In this document: positions 17,539-27,011 of the stretch, one piece after another
Layout: every line of letters starts with the position of its first letter
Numbering within the stretch: the first letter of the stretch is position 1
Virus record (IMG/VR): IMGVR_UViG_3300010352_001565
Coordinates: 179,055-222,710 of that record
Source: a virus
Direction: 5' to 3' (one strand)
DNA: 43,656 nucleotides
The notes under the pieces: generated by a model
Databases searched by the model: none
Told to the model about the DNA's origin: nothing
What the model saw: the letters and a program-made list of their open reading frames with translations, nothing else
Program-made: the position numbers and the translations under genes

Positions 17539-17975
17539 GCTACATCCTAGCCAGCAGATACGCAGGAATAACGACCATTCCGGTAAGCCTTCCTCAGCTT
17601 GAGCTGAGACCCGGAGACTCTGCTGTTGTTTCCATGCTTAAGATCGAGCAGAACCAGAAGATGATGCTGAGGTGGCTGAGTTTGAACCTTATCAAGCTTT
17701 GCGGGGTTAACGCTACAAACCCAACTCTTATCAACCCAGGTCTCGGGATAGTCTACGCTGGAGTCTACTCTTCTGGGTACAACTCGACGTATGGTCCGTG
17801 TGGAACTCCAATCGCTCTGGTTTCAGTAAAGTCCACAGGCACCTCAATGATTAACCCGTACCACCCTAGAAACTTTGAGAGTCCTGACACCTACTCAATT
17901 ATCGTGTCGAACAACACGCAGAGCACCACAGTTAACGTCGGAGTTTCAGGATCTATTCTGTACTACTTTTTATGA
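17535..17975 (+). CDS. hypothetical structural protein, paralog 2
   Basis: It is N-terminally similar to ORF 17056-17538. Confidence 0.5.
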   Translation: MSYILASRYAGITTIPVSLPQLELRPGDSAVVSMLKIEQNQKMMLRWLSLNLIKLCGVNATNPTLINPGLGIVYAGVYSSGYNSTYGPCGTPIALVSVKSTGTSMINPYHPRNFESPDTYSIIVSNNTQSTTVNVGVSGSILYYFL

Positions 17976-20900
17976 TACAGTCGGCAAGAGTCATAGCTCA
18001 AGCGGCGAGCATCCTGGCGCAGCAGTCGTCTGAGCCTGGTGTTGTTGCTGTTATCAACGCAGAAAATACCTCTCCGATCGTAATCACGACCGCTGAACCG
18101 ACTGGGCTTGCAACCGGGGACAAGGTCTCAGTTTCTGGAGTGCTTGGAAATCTTGCGGCAAACGTGACAGACTGCACCATCACAGTTCTGAGCTCGACAC
18201 GGTTCAGGCTTAACGGCACCACTGCGAGTGGCGCGTACACTTCTGGAGGGTGGGTTAGCGGCCACACTCTGTGTCCTGCGGCAACAACTGGGGACTTTAA
18301 TCCAACCACTTTTTCAAGGCGAGACAACGAGCTTCAGTACCGCGACCTCGTAGTTGCAGCCCACCTTATGGAGGTGTCAATGCGAGCGTCGACAGTGTGG
18401 TCGTTCGTCGCTCCGCGCATCCTCATACCGTCAGTTCCGTCTCCGAACCTCGACTATAAAACGCAAGATCTTGACGCGTCTCAAGCTGGAAAAGTTCTTC
18501 ACGTTCTGAACAGCTCGTTTCCAAGTGCCGCCGTAGCGACCGACAAGCAGCTTTATTACCGCGATACCATTCTCCTTGAAGCGCTTGCTCGAGCAGGTAA
18601 GGTGTTTGAGCCAGATTTTACGCTTCTTCCTGGAGGACAGCAGATCCCATCTGCAACAATATCCGATGCGTGGTCGCTCGCAGAAGGAGCACCTTCCAAT
18701 AGGAGCGTTTCAGGAGCGCACCAGCTCAACCGCGACTTGTTCAAAGTCCCTGACCAGAATCTTGCTGACCGTGACAACCAGATTGCGTCTGTTGCATCGC
18801 GTCTTATCGCCGTGCTGACAAGCCCGCTTGACTACGCAAACAGGCTATATGTCAAAATAGGAACGCGGGAACCTACTACGTTCGCCATTGTGGAGAATGA
18901 AAGCCGCGATGACACCAGAACGTGGGCTGGAATGCCGCAGTTATCAGCTGGAAGAAATCGACTGATCTACTCAAAGTCTCAGAAGACAATGACGTGGGTC
19001 CCTGAGGATGGGTCGGCGCCCATTGTTGCGCAGGCCGTCCCTCCGACGATGGACGCTAATGGATCCACAACTGCGATGACAGTCCAAAGCTCTGGAGGAT
19101 CCATGGACTTGGTAGCGAGCATCCCGGCGTCCCCGGATGCAGTAACCAGGCTAGATCGCGCGAAGCTTCTCAAATTTAGCGGGGCGTTGGAAATCGACGG
19201 AGTCTGCTACACTGGCGACGACTTTGGAGGTCCTCTTCTAGATGGAAGCAAGTGCCTCTACACCCCGTACAACATCAGCACCGGAGTCGGTTGGGGAGAG
19301 CTTCCAGCAGGAACTTATCGCGTTTCTATTCTTGTGCGACCAGGAAGCATCCTTGAATTTCCAGGAGCAAATCTGACTTCAGGCGCCTCGTACACATTTA
19401 CGCCTCTTATTTCGAGTAGCTCTTCTCGATGGAAGCTTTCCTTTGTCTACTCAAACTCTACCGCAACCTCATGCGAAGCTGGGACGTCTGGGGCTCCACA
19501 GATTCTATCCATTGTTGCTGGAAGTGGAACATCAAACCCTGTTTATTTCGATGGATCGCCGTTGCGCATCAAGCCTCTTAACGGAACTCTTAACATCAGC
19601 AAGGTGATCCTTACAGAAGAAAATTACACCGTAGATCCTCAGTACTCGATTCATGCTGTGCTTACGGATGACATGGGGTCGAACATGGGGTCGTCGCCCG
19701 TGGACATTACCATGTACGGGCGCCGCCAGCGGTACGACGTAGTAACGTTTGATTTTACAACAACGATCGCGTCAAGACACCCTATTTTGTGGCTTATCAC
19801 AGGAGTTCAACCATGCCCACTCGTGCTTAGCGCCATTCACATTCAGGCGGCAAACGCAGTGACTGGAACTCCCGAGACTGGAGGTCACGCCGCTTGGAAG
19901 TACGACTCCCTGATGAAAGCGCTCTCCGACGTCAAGGCATCGTACAGCCAGAAGATAAATTCTCCGATCGGTCAAGAGCACCAGCTTCCAGGGACTGACT
20001 ATTTCACAAACAGGTTTACACTGTCTTTCAACAAGTCGATCATACTGGCGGGATCTAACATCTCGTCGACCTCAGAGCCAGGAGAGCCAAATCATGGACC
20101 GCTCGGGGCGTATGGAGGAAAGTCGCTTTGGTGGGCGTGGACTGCTACGCACGACTGCACCGTCACGATCAACTACGACGGCAGTCTGATGGACGACGAA
20201 GGAGTGTGCTGGGCGTCTGTCGCGATATACACGGGAGAGTCGCTGCAGTCACTGCAAAGGGTGACAACGTCTTCTCCAGGACAAAATGCAATTTCATTCC
20301 AGGCAGTGAAAGGAACAGCGTACTCTATTGCAGTTGATGGAATTAACGGAGCATCCGGGTCGATCGTACTTGCCGTATCGCTAAGCACCGCCGCAAATAC
20401 CCTTCAGGAAAATGCGGTCCCGGTTTCAAACTTCTCCGTCCGTCAGCTTGTCAGCGAGACTCAGCTCTCGGTGCCGAACTACGCTTGGTACTTGTTCACC
20501 TCTCCGGTTAGCGGCTATGTGAAAGTGTACGTTGATGGAAGCGAAAATCAAGACAGCAGAAATCTTAAAGTCACTCAGAACGGAACAGACGTAGCCGCCG
20601 TTGTAACCACGTCAAGATCTATAGTGTTTAACGCTGAGTCTGGAGTTGACTACCTCATAAAGATAGGCGGCGATGGAAAGACCTGCCTTAGCATCTCCCC
20701 TTATTACTCGAACCCAGATGGAACGTGGGATAGGAACAGCATCGAGCGCTGGATGTCTGACATTGAGACGCTGCACGCGCGCATCAAGACAGCGTTCAGG
20801 CAGTCGCGCCCAGGCGACATCGGAAAACCGTGCCTGCTTCCCCGCGGTCTGTCGGTCACAGCTAACGGGTCTGTTCACGGAGAATACGGCTCTACTTGGA

Positions 20901-21028
20901 GCACTCCGACGATTGTGGCATTGCAGCCGTGGATGATTGCGATTGGAGCCTACGTGGCAGACCGCGAGTTCTGGCCAGCAGAAAGCACGATCGAGGTTTC
21001 GTCGATTACACAGGCTGGAATGCAGTAG
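17972..21028 (+). CDS. large S/T/G-rich virion protein, probably a tail fibre or receptor-binding protein
   Basis: It is 1018 aa, beta-rich and of low-charge composition. It is the last gene of a tightly coupled operon 16743-21028. I recognise no enzymatic motif. Confidence 0.4.
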   Translation: MIQSARVIAQAASILAQQSSEPGVVAVINAENTSPIVITTAEPTGLATGDKVSVSGVLGNLAANVTDCTITVLSSTRFRLNGTTASGAYTSGGWVSGHTLCPAATTGDFNPTTFSRRDNELQYRDLVVAAHLMEVSMRASTVWSFVAPRILIPSVPSPNLDYKTQDLDASQAGKVLHVLNSSFPSAAVATDKQLYYRDTILLEALARAGKVFEPDFTLLPGGQQIPSATISDAWSLAEGAPSNRSVSGAHQLNRDLFKVPDQNLADRDNQIASVASRLIAVLTSPLDYANRLYVKIGTREPTTFAIVENESRDDTRTWAGMPQLSAGRNRLIYSKSQKTMTWVPEDGSAPIVAQAVPPTMDANGSTTAMTVQSSGGSMDLVASIPASPDAVTRLDRAKLLKFSGALEIDGVCYTGDDFGGPLLDGSKCLYTPYNISTGVGWGELPAGTYRVSILVRPGSILEFPGANLTSGASYTFTPLISSSSSRWKLSFVYSNSTATSCEAGTSGAPQILSIVAGSGTSNPVYFDGSPLRIKPLNGTLNISKVILTEENYTVDPQYSIHAVLTDDMGSNMGSSPVDITMYGRRQRYDVVTFDFTTTIASRHPILWLITGVQPCPLVLSAIHIQAANAVTGTPETGGHAAWKYDSLMKALSDVKASYSQKINSPIGQEHQLPGTDYFTNRFTLSFNKSIILAGSNISSTSEPGEPNHGPLGAYGGKSLWWAWTATHDCTVTINYDGSLMDDEGVCWASVAIYTGESLQSLQRVTTSSPGQNAISFQAVKGTAYSIAVDGINGASGSIVLAVSLSTAANTLQENAVPVSNFSVRQLVSETQLSVPNYAWYLFTSPVSGYVKVYVDGSENQDSRNLKVTQNGTDVAAVVTTSRSIVFNAESGVDYLIKIGGDGKTCLSISPYYSNPDGTWDRNSIERWMSDIETLHARIKTAFRQSRPGDIGKPCLLPRGLSVTANGSVHGEYGSTWSTPTIVALQPWMIAIGAYVADREFWPAESTIEVSSITQAGMQ

Positions 21029-21095
21029 CCCTGTTCTTATAGGCGTGCTAAATCCTGATCACTACCCGAATTTTGCCGTCCAACACGTTCAAACG

Positions 21096-21389
21096 ATGTC
21101 TCAGATCCTGCAACACGCGGGGCCTGACCAGACTCGCCAAATGCTTGCGGCGTACCGAACAACTCTCAACCTGTTTACCGGAACCATTGAGACCCATCCG
21201 AAGTTCATCACGAAGCGCAGCGTTGTTGGTCCAAATGTGACTGCAATGTGCATTGACAACGCCACTGGAGAGTTCCTTCAGCTGTCTGGGCGCAGTGGAG
21301 AGCCCAAAAACACAACGATGACTACTGGCAAACTGACATCAATGGAAACTGTCAAGGACGGAGTTGCCGCCAGCATGCTCTGGACATAG
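21096..21389 (+). CDS. hypothetical protein (97 aa; the track ORF 20937-21389 is trimmed to the ATG at 21096)
   Basis: The trimmed start avoids a 90-nt overlap with the fibre gene. Confidence 0.35.
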   Translation: MSQILQHAGPDQTRQMLAAYRTTLNLFTGTIETHPKFITKRSVVGPNVTAMCIDNATGEFLQLSGRSGEPKNTTMTTGKLTSMETVKDGVAASMLWT

Positions 21390-22952
21390 TCACTTCTTTC
21401 TCCACACAAACGCTTCAGAATACCACGGTGGGAAAAACTGAGGATACCGCTCCCAGATCATCGTGAAGTCCGAATCAAGAATGTAGGTGACACCTTTGTC
21501 GGTGTCACTGCGCACAATTCGACCAGAGGCCTGGATGACCGTCATGACCGTCTGCATGACATACCAATCCGGGTCTTTTTCTTTTTTAGCGAGCACCTGA
21601 GCATCCCCAAGACTTGGCCACGGGATCTTCGCGATAATCTGCCAGGTGGCAAGATCGCTTGCGAAGTCAAATCCTTCTGTCATCGACGGGCTAATGATCA
21701 CTGTAGGAAATGGCGAATTTGCATGGTCGGCAAATGCGCGGTCGCGCTCATCAGCTGTGCGAGGAAACAGAAGGCGGTGAGGATATATTGGCGCAAAGTT
21801 TGCATAGATTAGCTCCCCAAGCGCGTAGCTGTTGCAGTGGATGATCCCTTTCTCGTCTTTGTGAAGATCCAGAATCTTTCGTGTGAGCCGCATGAATTCT
21901 GGGGTCGTCGCTTCGATGTTGCGCTTGCTCATAGATCCAGCAAACAGCATGACCACAGGGCGGTTCTCAACTGGGAACGTGGATCTTAGCGAGCACCACC
22001 CAACGTCAGCTGCTTTAAGACCGAGGTTGCGGCAAAACACCGACTTACTTCCAGGATACGCCGACATGTAGACTCGAATGTCGGCCATGTCTCGCACAAT
22101 ATCCACAAACGGAGCGGCGTCAAGAGGTCTTGCGATCGAGTCACGGTATCCTTCCTTGTCTTTCTCCTGCCAGTAGACCCAGTTTTTTGAGTCCTCCTTG
22201 ATGAGCTTCAAAGCGTGGAGCACCTTGTTGACGTGTTGCTCAAGTGCGTAGGCTTCGCGAATGGCTTGGTCGTCGTTACCCTCAGCCAGCGCGATAAGCA
22301 CCTCAGAGCGTTCCTTAATGGCAGAGACATAAGTTCCTTCGACCCACTCGACAAATTGCTCTAGAGTGTTCAGAACCGGAACCTCTTGGATGTCTGGGGC
22401 CCACTTCGGAAGGTCGCGTTCAGACACAGTCATGTCCATGTGGCGAATGAGCTGGCGCTCAAGGCTATGAGCCTCGTCGCACACCAAGATGCGACGCTTC
22501 GAGAACTTTCCGACGTGGATGCGCTCGGTTAGAAAATAGGGATAGTTCGTAACACCGGCTCTCGAGCTGGCGAACATGTTGCGCTGTCGACGGTAAGTGC
22601 AGTTGTCTCCGAGCTTGCACTTCTTGGAAGACTGACCGACGGAGCACTTTTTAAAACCGCTGGAGCACTCGTACTCGTTCGAAGACTTCAGCGACACGAT
22701 CTCCGGAAAGTCATCCGCGTACTGGTCTTGGAGCATCTTCTGGGTAGTAAGAATGTAGCCTCCAGGCTGAGCGCTCGACCGATTAGCTGCTCCCCAGTTG
22801 CACAGGGTCACGCCAACGGCTGACTTTCCAGACCCAGTTGGAGCAGCGAGAACAATGTCTTCACAGCCCATTCCAATGGCCTTATTGATGAAGTTGACAG
22901 CCGTGGTTTGCTTTTCGCGCGGTGTCAGTTGAGATGGAAAATATTCAAGCAC
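21390..22952 (-). CDS. DinG/Rad3(XPD)-like superfamily-2 helicase with an FeS-cluster insert
   Basis: Walker A is APTGSGKS and the DEAH box is VCDEAHSL. Four Cys residues lie between motifs I and II (CSSGFKKCSVGQSSKKCKLGDNC). Confidence 0.8.
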   Translation of the reverse strand: MLEYFPSQLTPREKQTTAVNFINKAIGMGCEDIVLAAPTGSGKSAVGVTLCNWGAANRSSAQPGGYILTTQKMLQDQYADDFPEIVSLKSSNEYECSSGFKKCSVGQSSKKCKLGDNCTYRRQRNMFASSRAGVTNYPYFLTERIHVGKFSKRRILVCDEAHSLERQLIRHMDMTVSERDLPKWAPDIQEVPVLNTLEQFVEWVEGTYVSAIKERSEVLIALAEGNDDQAIREAYALEQHVNKVLHALKLIKEDSKNWVYWQEKDKEGYRDSIARPLDAAPFVDIVRDMADIRVYMSAYPGSKSVFCRNLGLKAADVGWCSLRSTFPVENRPVVMLFAGSMSKRNIEATTPEFMRLTRKILDLHKDEKGIIHCNSYALGELIYANFAPIYPHRLLFPRTADERDRAFADHANSPFPTVIISPSMTEGFDFASDLATWQIIAKIPWPSLGDAQVLAKKEKDPDWYVMQTVMTVIQASGRIVRSDTDKGVTYILDSDFTMIWERYPQFFPPWYSEAFVWRKK

Positions 22953-22961
22953 GCGGTTTAG

Positions 22962-23026
22962 AACACAATTGTGTTGTTCTTGATTCCATAATTCGTATAC
23001 GTTATCGCACGAATGAAAATTCGTCC
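22962..23026. promoter_or_regulatory. cluster of palindromes in the divergent region between the DinG-like gene and the plus-strand operon
   Basis: A perfect 14-bp palindrome AACACAATTGTGTT lies at 22962-22975. CGTATACG lies at 22994-23001. ACGAAT-gaaa-ATTCGT lies at 23009-23024. The motif ATTCGT occurs three times. Confidence 0.3.
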
Positions 23027-23053
23027 CAGTTACCGAGAGCAGTAATTAAAGCG

Positions 23054-23653
23054 ATGAGAAACAAGACAAGCCATGACCTGATGACCTTTCTGTTTGGAAC
23101 GTCTCAGGAAGAGTCACACCAGGAAAGCATTGTTGAGGCTGCCGAGGAGATTTTCTCTCAAATGGGTCAGCAAGAGCGCCTTGAACCCAAGAAAAGTCCG
23201 CTGTCCGCCGCGCTCAAGAAGCTCGGGATTAAGGTTGAGAGCGGGCTGGATGTGGACCCCGACGGTTTCTGCTTGTCCACTGAAGACGTCGAGTCATACC
23301 GCGAAGCCAAGAAGTCGCTGTCCACTGCTGATGCCATGCACAAGCTTGCTGAGCTCGGCTGGGTGGTTGCTGACTGCGGCGACGAAGCAATGACCGGCGA
23401 AAAGCCCACATTCAAAATCCGTTTTATTGAGATTGTCACTCCTGAGTCTGATGATAAAGACGCGAAGGTCGATCTCGAGAAGATTGCAAAAGACGCCTAC
23501 GACTTCGTGAATGAGCCTGTGGTTGACGAGCCCGAGAATCCCAAGATTCCAAAGGGAGGCGTTGGTAAAGCCAAACCCGGTGACAAGGCGAAGCACGCCA
23601 TCGCCAAGGGTAAAACCACGGTCGAATCCCTGGTCAACCGCTTGATTGATTAG
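23054..23653 (+). CDS. hypothetical acidic protein (track ORF 22922-23653; the likely start is the internal ATG at 23054)
   Basis: The longer form would overlap the divergent DinG start and the palindrome cluster. Confidence 0.4.
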   Translation: MRNKTSHDLMTFLFGTSQEESHQESIVEAAEEIFSQMGQQERLEPKKSPLSAALKKLGIKVESGLDVDPDGFCLSTEDVESYREAKKSLSTADAMHKLAELGWVVADCGDEAMTGEKPTFKIRFIEIVTPESDDKDAKVDLEKIAKDAYDFVNEPVVDEPENPKIPKGGVGKAKPGDKAKHAIAKGKTTVESLVNRLID

Positions 23654-23654
23654 T

Positions 23655-24182
23655 ATGGTACACGATTACGAATCTCTGTGGAGGCGCCCCACGCCTCAGC
23701 GCTGCGAGGTGCTTGAGGCTTTCAGGGGAACTGACGTCGTACGCTGGTATGGCAACATCGAGCGCCAGCTTGACCGCCTTATCCAGGAGTACGAGGATGC
23801 CCGAAACGAGGCGTACGCCGACAAGATTCGCAAATACCGCCAGATCTGGAGGTCGAATGTGGTGACAGGCTCTGTCAACCGCGAAATCCTCGACACCCTA
23901 CTTTCTGCCGCTGAAATTTTGGCCGTCGACGACTGGCCGCTCCAGAATTACTTCTCCACTCTTCGCGACAGTCTGCGAGTGCTGATTGCCTCTGAAGAAG
24001 AGCTCCCGCGCCTTGCTCCTGACGAGCCCGCTCCAAAGGGTGGTGGAGGAGGCGGTGGACGCGCTCCTAAACCCTCTGATATGCCGGCAAGCGACTTTGG
24101 CCCTGAAAAGGATGCTCCTGAAGGCGCTGAGAATACGGACGCTGCCGTTGATCAGGCTGTCGACGAACCTCCTAAGATTTAA
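23655..24182 (+). CDS. hypothetical protein with a Gly7 tract
   Basis: The track start at 23646 is a TTG. The ATG is at 23655 (MVHDYESLW...). Confidence 0.45.
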   Translation: MVHDYESLWRRPTPQRCEVLEAFRGTDVVRWYGNIERQLDRLIQEYEDARNEAYADKIRKYRQIWRSNVVTGSVNREILDTLLSAAEILAVDDWPLQNYFSTLRDSLRVLIASEEELPRLAPDEPAPKGGGGGGGRAPKPSDMPASDFGPEKDAPEGAENTDAAVDQAVDEPPKI

Positions 24183-24186
24183 CAAC

Positions 24187-24645
24187 ATGAATACGAAACA
24201 ACTTGCACAAGCTATCCTTCAGCAACGCGCTCGCACTTCTGCGATCATTCCGTGTGGCGAAATGCGCCAGACGCTCGGGGTTGAAGGATTCGCCGAGGCC
24301 GTTCAGCGCCGATGGATCGTTCCAAACTATGAATCCGGTGAGCTGTCGGTCAACAACTCAGCGTCAGTCATTGAGGACATCCGCAACGCCGCCAAAGAAG
24401 ACTACAACGTCGGCGACTCTGTCACCGTTGTTGACGACGGCCAGTCCTACACTGGCGTGGTTCAGAAGGTTGGCCAGCAAGGCAAGTACACCATTTCGTT
24501 CAAGGACGACAACAAGCCAAAGTCCATTCGCGAGTACGCCAGCGAGGAGCTCAGCCGAACTGAGCAGAAGCCCAACGAACCGCATCCCGTCACGCGCGTG
24601 AATCCTGGCTCGTCCACCTTGAACTCAACCCCATTGAATCACTAA
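24187..24645 (+). CDS. hypothetical protein (152 aa)
   Basis: The in-frame ATG at 24187 follows the previous stop. The track ORF 23986-24645 overlaps the upstream gene. Confidence 0.45.
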   Translation: MNTKQLAQAILQQRARTSAIIPCGEMRQTLGVEGFAEAVQRRWIVPNYESGELSVNNSASVIEDIRNAAKEDYNVGDSVTVVDDGQSYTGVVQKVGQQGKYTISFKDDNKPKSIREYASEELSRTEQKPNEPHPVTRVNPGSSTLNSTPLNH

Positions 24646-24646
24646 C

Positions 24647-25120
24647 ATGAACGAGTTGTCAAACATCGAAAAGATCTGCTACGGAGAAGCCGGAAAGCTC
24701 TCTGCTGGTGACAAGAAGCTGCTAGCAAGCCTGGCCGCAGAGTTTGGAGTTTCTGAGCAGGCGGTTTATTCTGCCATTCAGCGAGCATGCGACAAGCTCG
24801 GGGATACCAATCCGACATCTGGTATGCGCGCTGAGTCTCGCAAGACGTCATCCCTGGTATCGAAGATCCTCGAGGGCTGCGAATGCGAGCACCCCGAATC
24901 CTCTAACGCCCCTGAAGAGAAGAAAGAGGTTCAGCTCGCCAAGAAGATCCTTGATGCCCTTGAAATTATGACCGCAGGCGGTCCTCAAAACAGAGAGGTT
25001 GAAGGCGAAAACCCTTACGAAGTGATCGAAAAAGCGGCCAAAGAGCTGATCAAGATGCACGGAGGTGAGGTGCCTGGTGGAAGCATGTCTGATGAGGAAC
25101 CTGAAGGCGATGAGAAATAA
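24647..25120 (+). CDS. hypothetical acidic protein
   Basis: It starts 2 nt after the upstream stop. Confidence 0.45.
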   Translation: MNELSNIEKICYGEAGKLSAGDKKLLASLAAEFGVSEQAVYSAIQRACDKLGDTNPTSGMRAESRKTSSLVSKILEGCECEHPESSNAPEEKKEVQLAKKILDALEIMTAGGPQNREVEGENPYEVIEKAAKELIKMHGGEVPGGSMSDEEPEGDEK

Positions 25121-25134
25121 CGACTTCGAGAAGA

Positions 25135-25812
25135 TTGATTGATCTCATGACCGACGCTCTATCATACGCGAAAGATAAGATGGCGCAGAGCCCGTTAAAA
25201 GAGCTCGCGCCGATTCTTGATTCCGTCAACTGGCAAAACAGCCAGATTCAGAAGGTGCCGTCTGACGTCGAGCTTTCGCGCGATGGAAAGATGATCACGG
25301 TCTACCCGTCGTTTGCAGCGCGCCCTGCTCCTTCTGGAGCCCATGCGCTTCTCACGGAAGTTGGCGGCATGGTGGCGTCCAAGTGGGTTTCTCAAAACCT
25401 TGCGACGCGGTGGAAGCACAAGCTTGTCCTGCCAACCAACGAGCAGATCGGCGCCATCCAGGATCGGATTACCGCCGGAAATCAGTACGCTCAGGTGGTT
25501 GAGTCTTTCGCTGGACCGGTTGACCGCCTTGTGGCGATCCACGTCGTGAATGCTTTGATCGCAAACAAGGTCCGCGTGGCTGAATGCCGAAACATCGACG
25601 TCCGCAAGTGGGGATCAACTGCTGACTTCTGTGGGCTCAAACGCTATTACAGCCTGACTCCTCTGATTTCAGCCTACTGCTCACGAGGTTTGTACGAGAA
25701 CTACGGGAGCGCTTTTGCCAACGTTGCTCTTGGTTTAGAGCTCGCGACTCACAGCGCGGTATCCTCTGCATTTAAGAAGCTTGTCGTAGAGCTTGCGCAA
25801 GCTGCTCGGTAA
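25135..25812 (+). CDS. hypothetical protein (225 aa)
   Basis: It is the last gene before a rho-independent terminator. Confidence 0.45.
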   Translation: MIDLMTDALSYAKDKMAQSPLKELAPILDSVNWQNSQIQKVPSDVELSRDGKMITVYPSFAARPAPSGAHALLTEVGGMVASKWVSQNLATRWKHKLVLPTNEQIGAIQDRITAGNQYAQVVESFAGPVDRLVAIHVVNALIANKVRVAECRNIDVRKWGSTADFCGLKRYYSLTPLISAYCSRGLYENYGSAFANVALGLELATHSAVSSAFKKLVVELAQAAR

Positions 25813-25872
25813 GGGGGACTTCAACCTCTTGGTTGCAGCACCCGAAGACTAGCACAGTTCCAGTTTCACCAA

Positions 25873-25903
25873 CGGCGCTCCGTAAGGGCGCCGATTTTAT
25901 TTC
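25873..25903 (+). terminator. rho-independent terminator
   Basis: CGGCGC-tccgtaagg-GCGCCG followed by ATTTTATTT. Confidence 0.5.
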
Positions 25904-26092
25904 CTTCTTGCACACTGGGCATATTGGGGGCTTCACACCTGTCAGTTGCTGCGCCGCACTCTTGATCGCGCCCATGGTCAAACGAACGCAGACGTAGAAG
26001 GTTACAGCAATGAGGGAAGCCAACCCACACATGAGGACTACCCAAAAGCTGATTTCGCGCGCAATATCCATACTCTTTTGGAGAACAAAACT

Positions 26093-26136
26093 TTTTTGCA
26101 AAAAAGTGTTTACAAATTTCCGAAACGTGATATAGT
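26093..26136 (+). promoter_or_regulatory. conserved phage promoter copy 4
   Basis: ttttttgcaaaaaagTGTTTACAaatttccgaaacgTGaTATAGT. The ATG at 26143 is about 8 nt after the -10. Confidence 0.7.
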
Positions 26137-26142
26137 CATCCC

Positions 26143-26358
26143 ATGATCGTGAACAACACAACTGAAAACGAAGTTAAAATGAGCCAATTTCGCTGCCCTC
26201 ATTGCGACGCCATTCTGCGCGTCCAAGAGCGCGGATCAGTGGTTCACATCTACTGCGCCAACGGTCCCTGCCCGCAGGTTTTGAACGACGGCGCGTCTGC
26301 CTCGTCCGAGGCTGAAGCTTTCGCGGCTCTTGAAAACAACTACGACGAACAAGCCTAA
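26143..26358 (+). CDS. small zinc-ribbon protein (CPHC...CANGPC)
   Basis: Its leaderless N-terminus MIVNNTTENEVK matches the mini-ORF MIANN... after promoter copy 5. An alternative start is the internal Met (MSQFRCPHC). Confidence 0.5.
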   Translation: MIVNNTTENEVKMSQFRCPHCDAILRVQERGSVVHIYCANGPCPQVLNDGASASSEAEAFAALENNYDEQA

Positions 26359-26359
26359 C

Positions 26360-26827
26360 ATGAAAACCATCGTCCTCGACATGCAGCCTGACCACAAGAA
26401 CACTTACGCCATGGCAGGAGTCGCAGAGAGCTCTTCTGGTCCTCACGGCCAAGTTCAGATCAACGTCGCCAAGCGGTTGGATTGCTGGGTTACCGCGCCA
26501 GAGCGAAAGCTGGTCCTTGCTCTTTCAAAGTCCACCACCAAGTATCAGGCTGATGACGCGGGCCACTACGGCGACCGCTGCAATCTGCAGCAACGAAAGC
26601 TGAAGCGAGTCATCTTCGAGTTTGAGGACTCTGAGGCTGAAACCCGCGCCGACGGCATGTATGTCGAGTGCGACAGCCTTAAAGTCTGTGGTGTCCAAGT
26701 CCACGGTCCGTTTGGAACTTTAGACGACGCGCGCGCTCACATCAAGACGCTGGTCTGCACTCAAGCCGACGTTGTGCTGATCAAAGACCACGAAACAATT
26801 GACCGTGTAAACATGTATCCATTTTGA
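26360..26827 (+). CDS. hypothetical protein (155 aa; the track start at 26330 is trimmed)
   Basis: MKTIVLDMQ... Confidence 0.5.
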   Translation: MKTIVLDMQPDHKNTYAMAGVAESSSGPHGQVQINVAKRLDCWVTAPERKLVLALSKSTTKYQADDAGHYGDRCNLQQRKLKRVIFEFEDSEAETRADGMYVECDSLKVCGVQVHGPFGTLDDARAHIKTLVCTQADVVLIKDHETIDRVNMYPF

Positions 26828-27011
26828 GCGCGCACAGGTTGACGAGAATCGGCTGCGATGGCGTAGGCAGACGCCAGTCGATTCTCAGACGCAGCGCTCA
26901 GTTGCGGGTTGTATCGCCGATCCGCAACACTAATTTGGTTAAATTATGGCGTCGGCAGCGGCGAGAAACTCCGCTACCTGAAATGCCAAGAATGCGACCG
27001 ATTTTTGAGAT

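Noticed and set aside
25772-26161. 129-aa minus-strand ORF with a clear transmembrane-like segment
   Set aside because: It spans a canonical plus-strand terminator hairpin (25873-25903) and the conserved promoter copy 4, and it overlaps the 3' end of gene 25135-25812. It is most likely an antisense artefact. Residual doubt remains because the hydrophobic stretch is striking.
26844-26940. A second tRNA upstream of tRNA-CUA
   Set aside because: There are stable hairpins, but I could not build a cloverleaf (no 7-bp acceptor stem or T-arm of the right geometry). It is reported only as a structured element.
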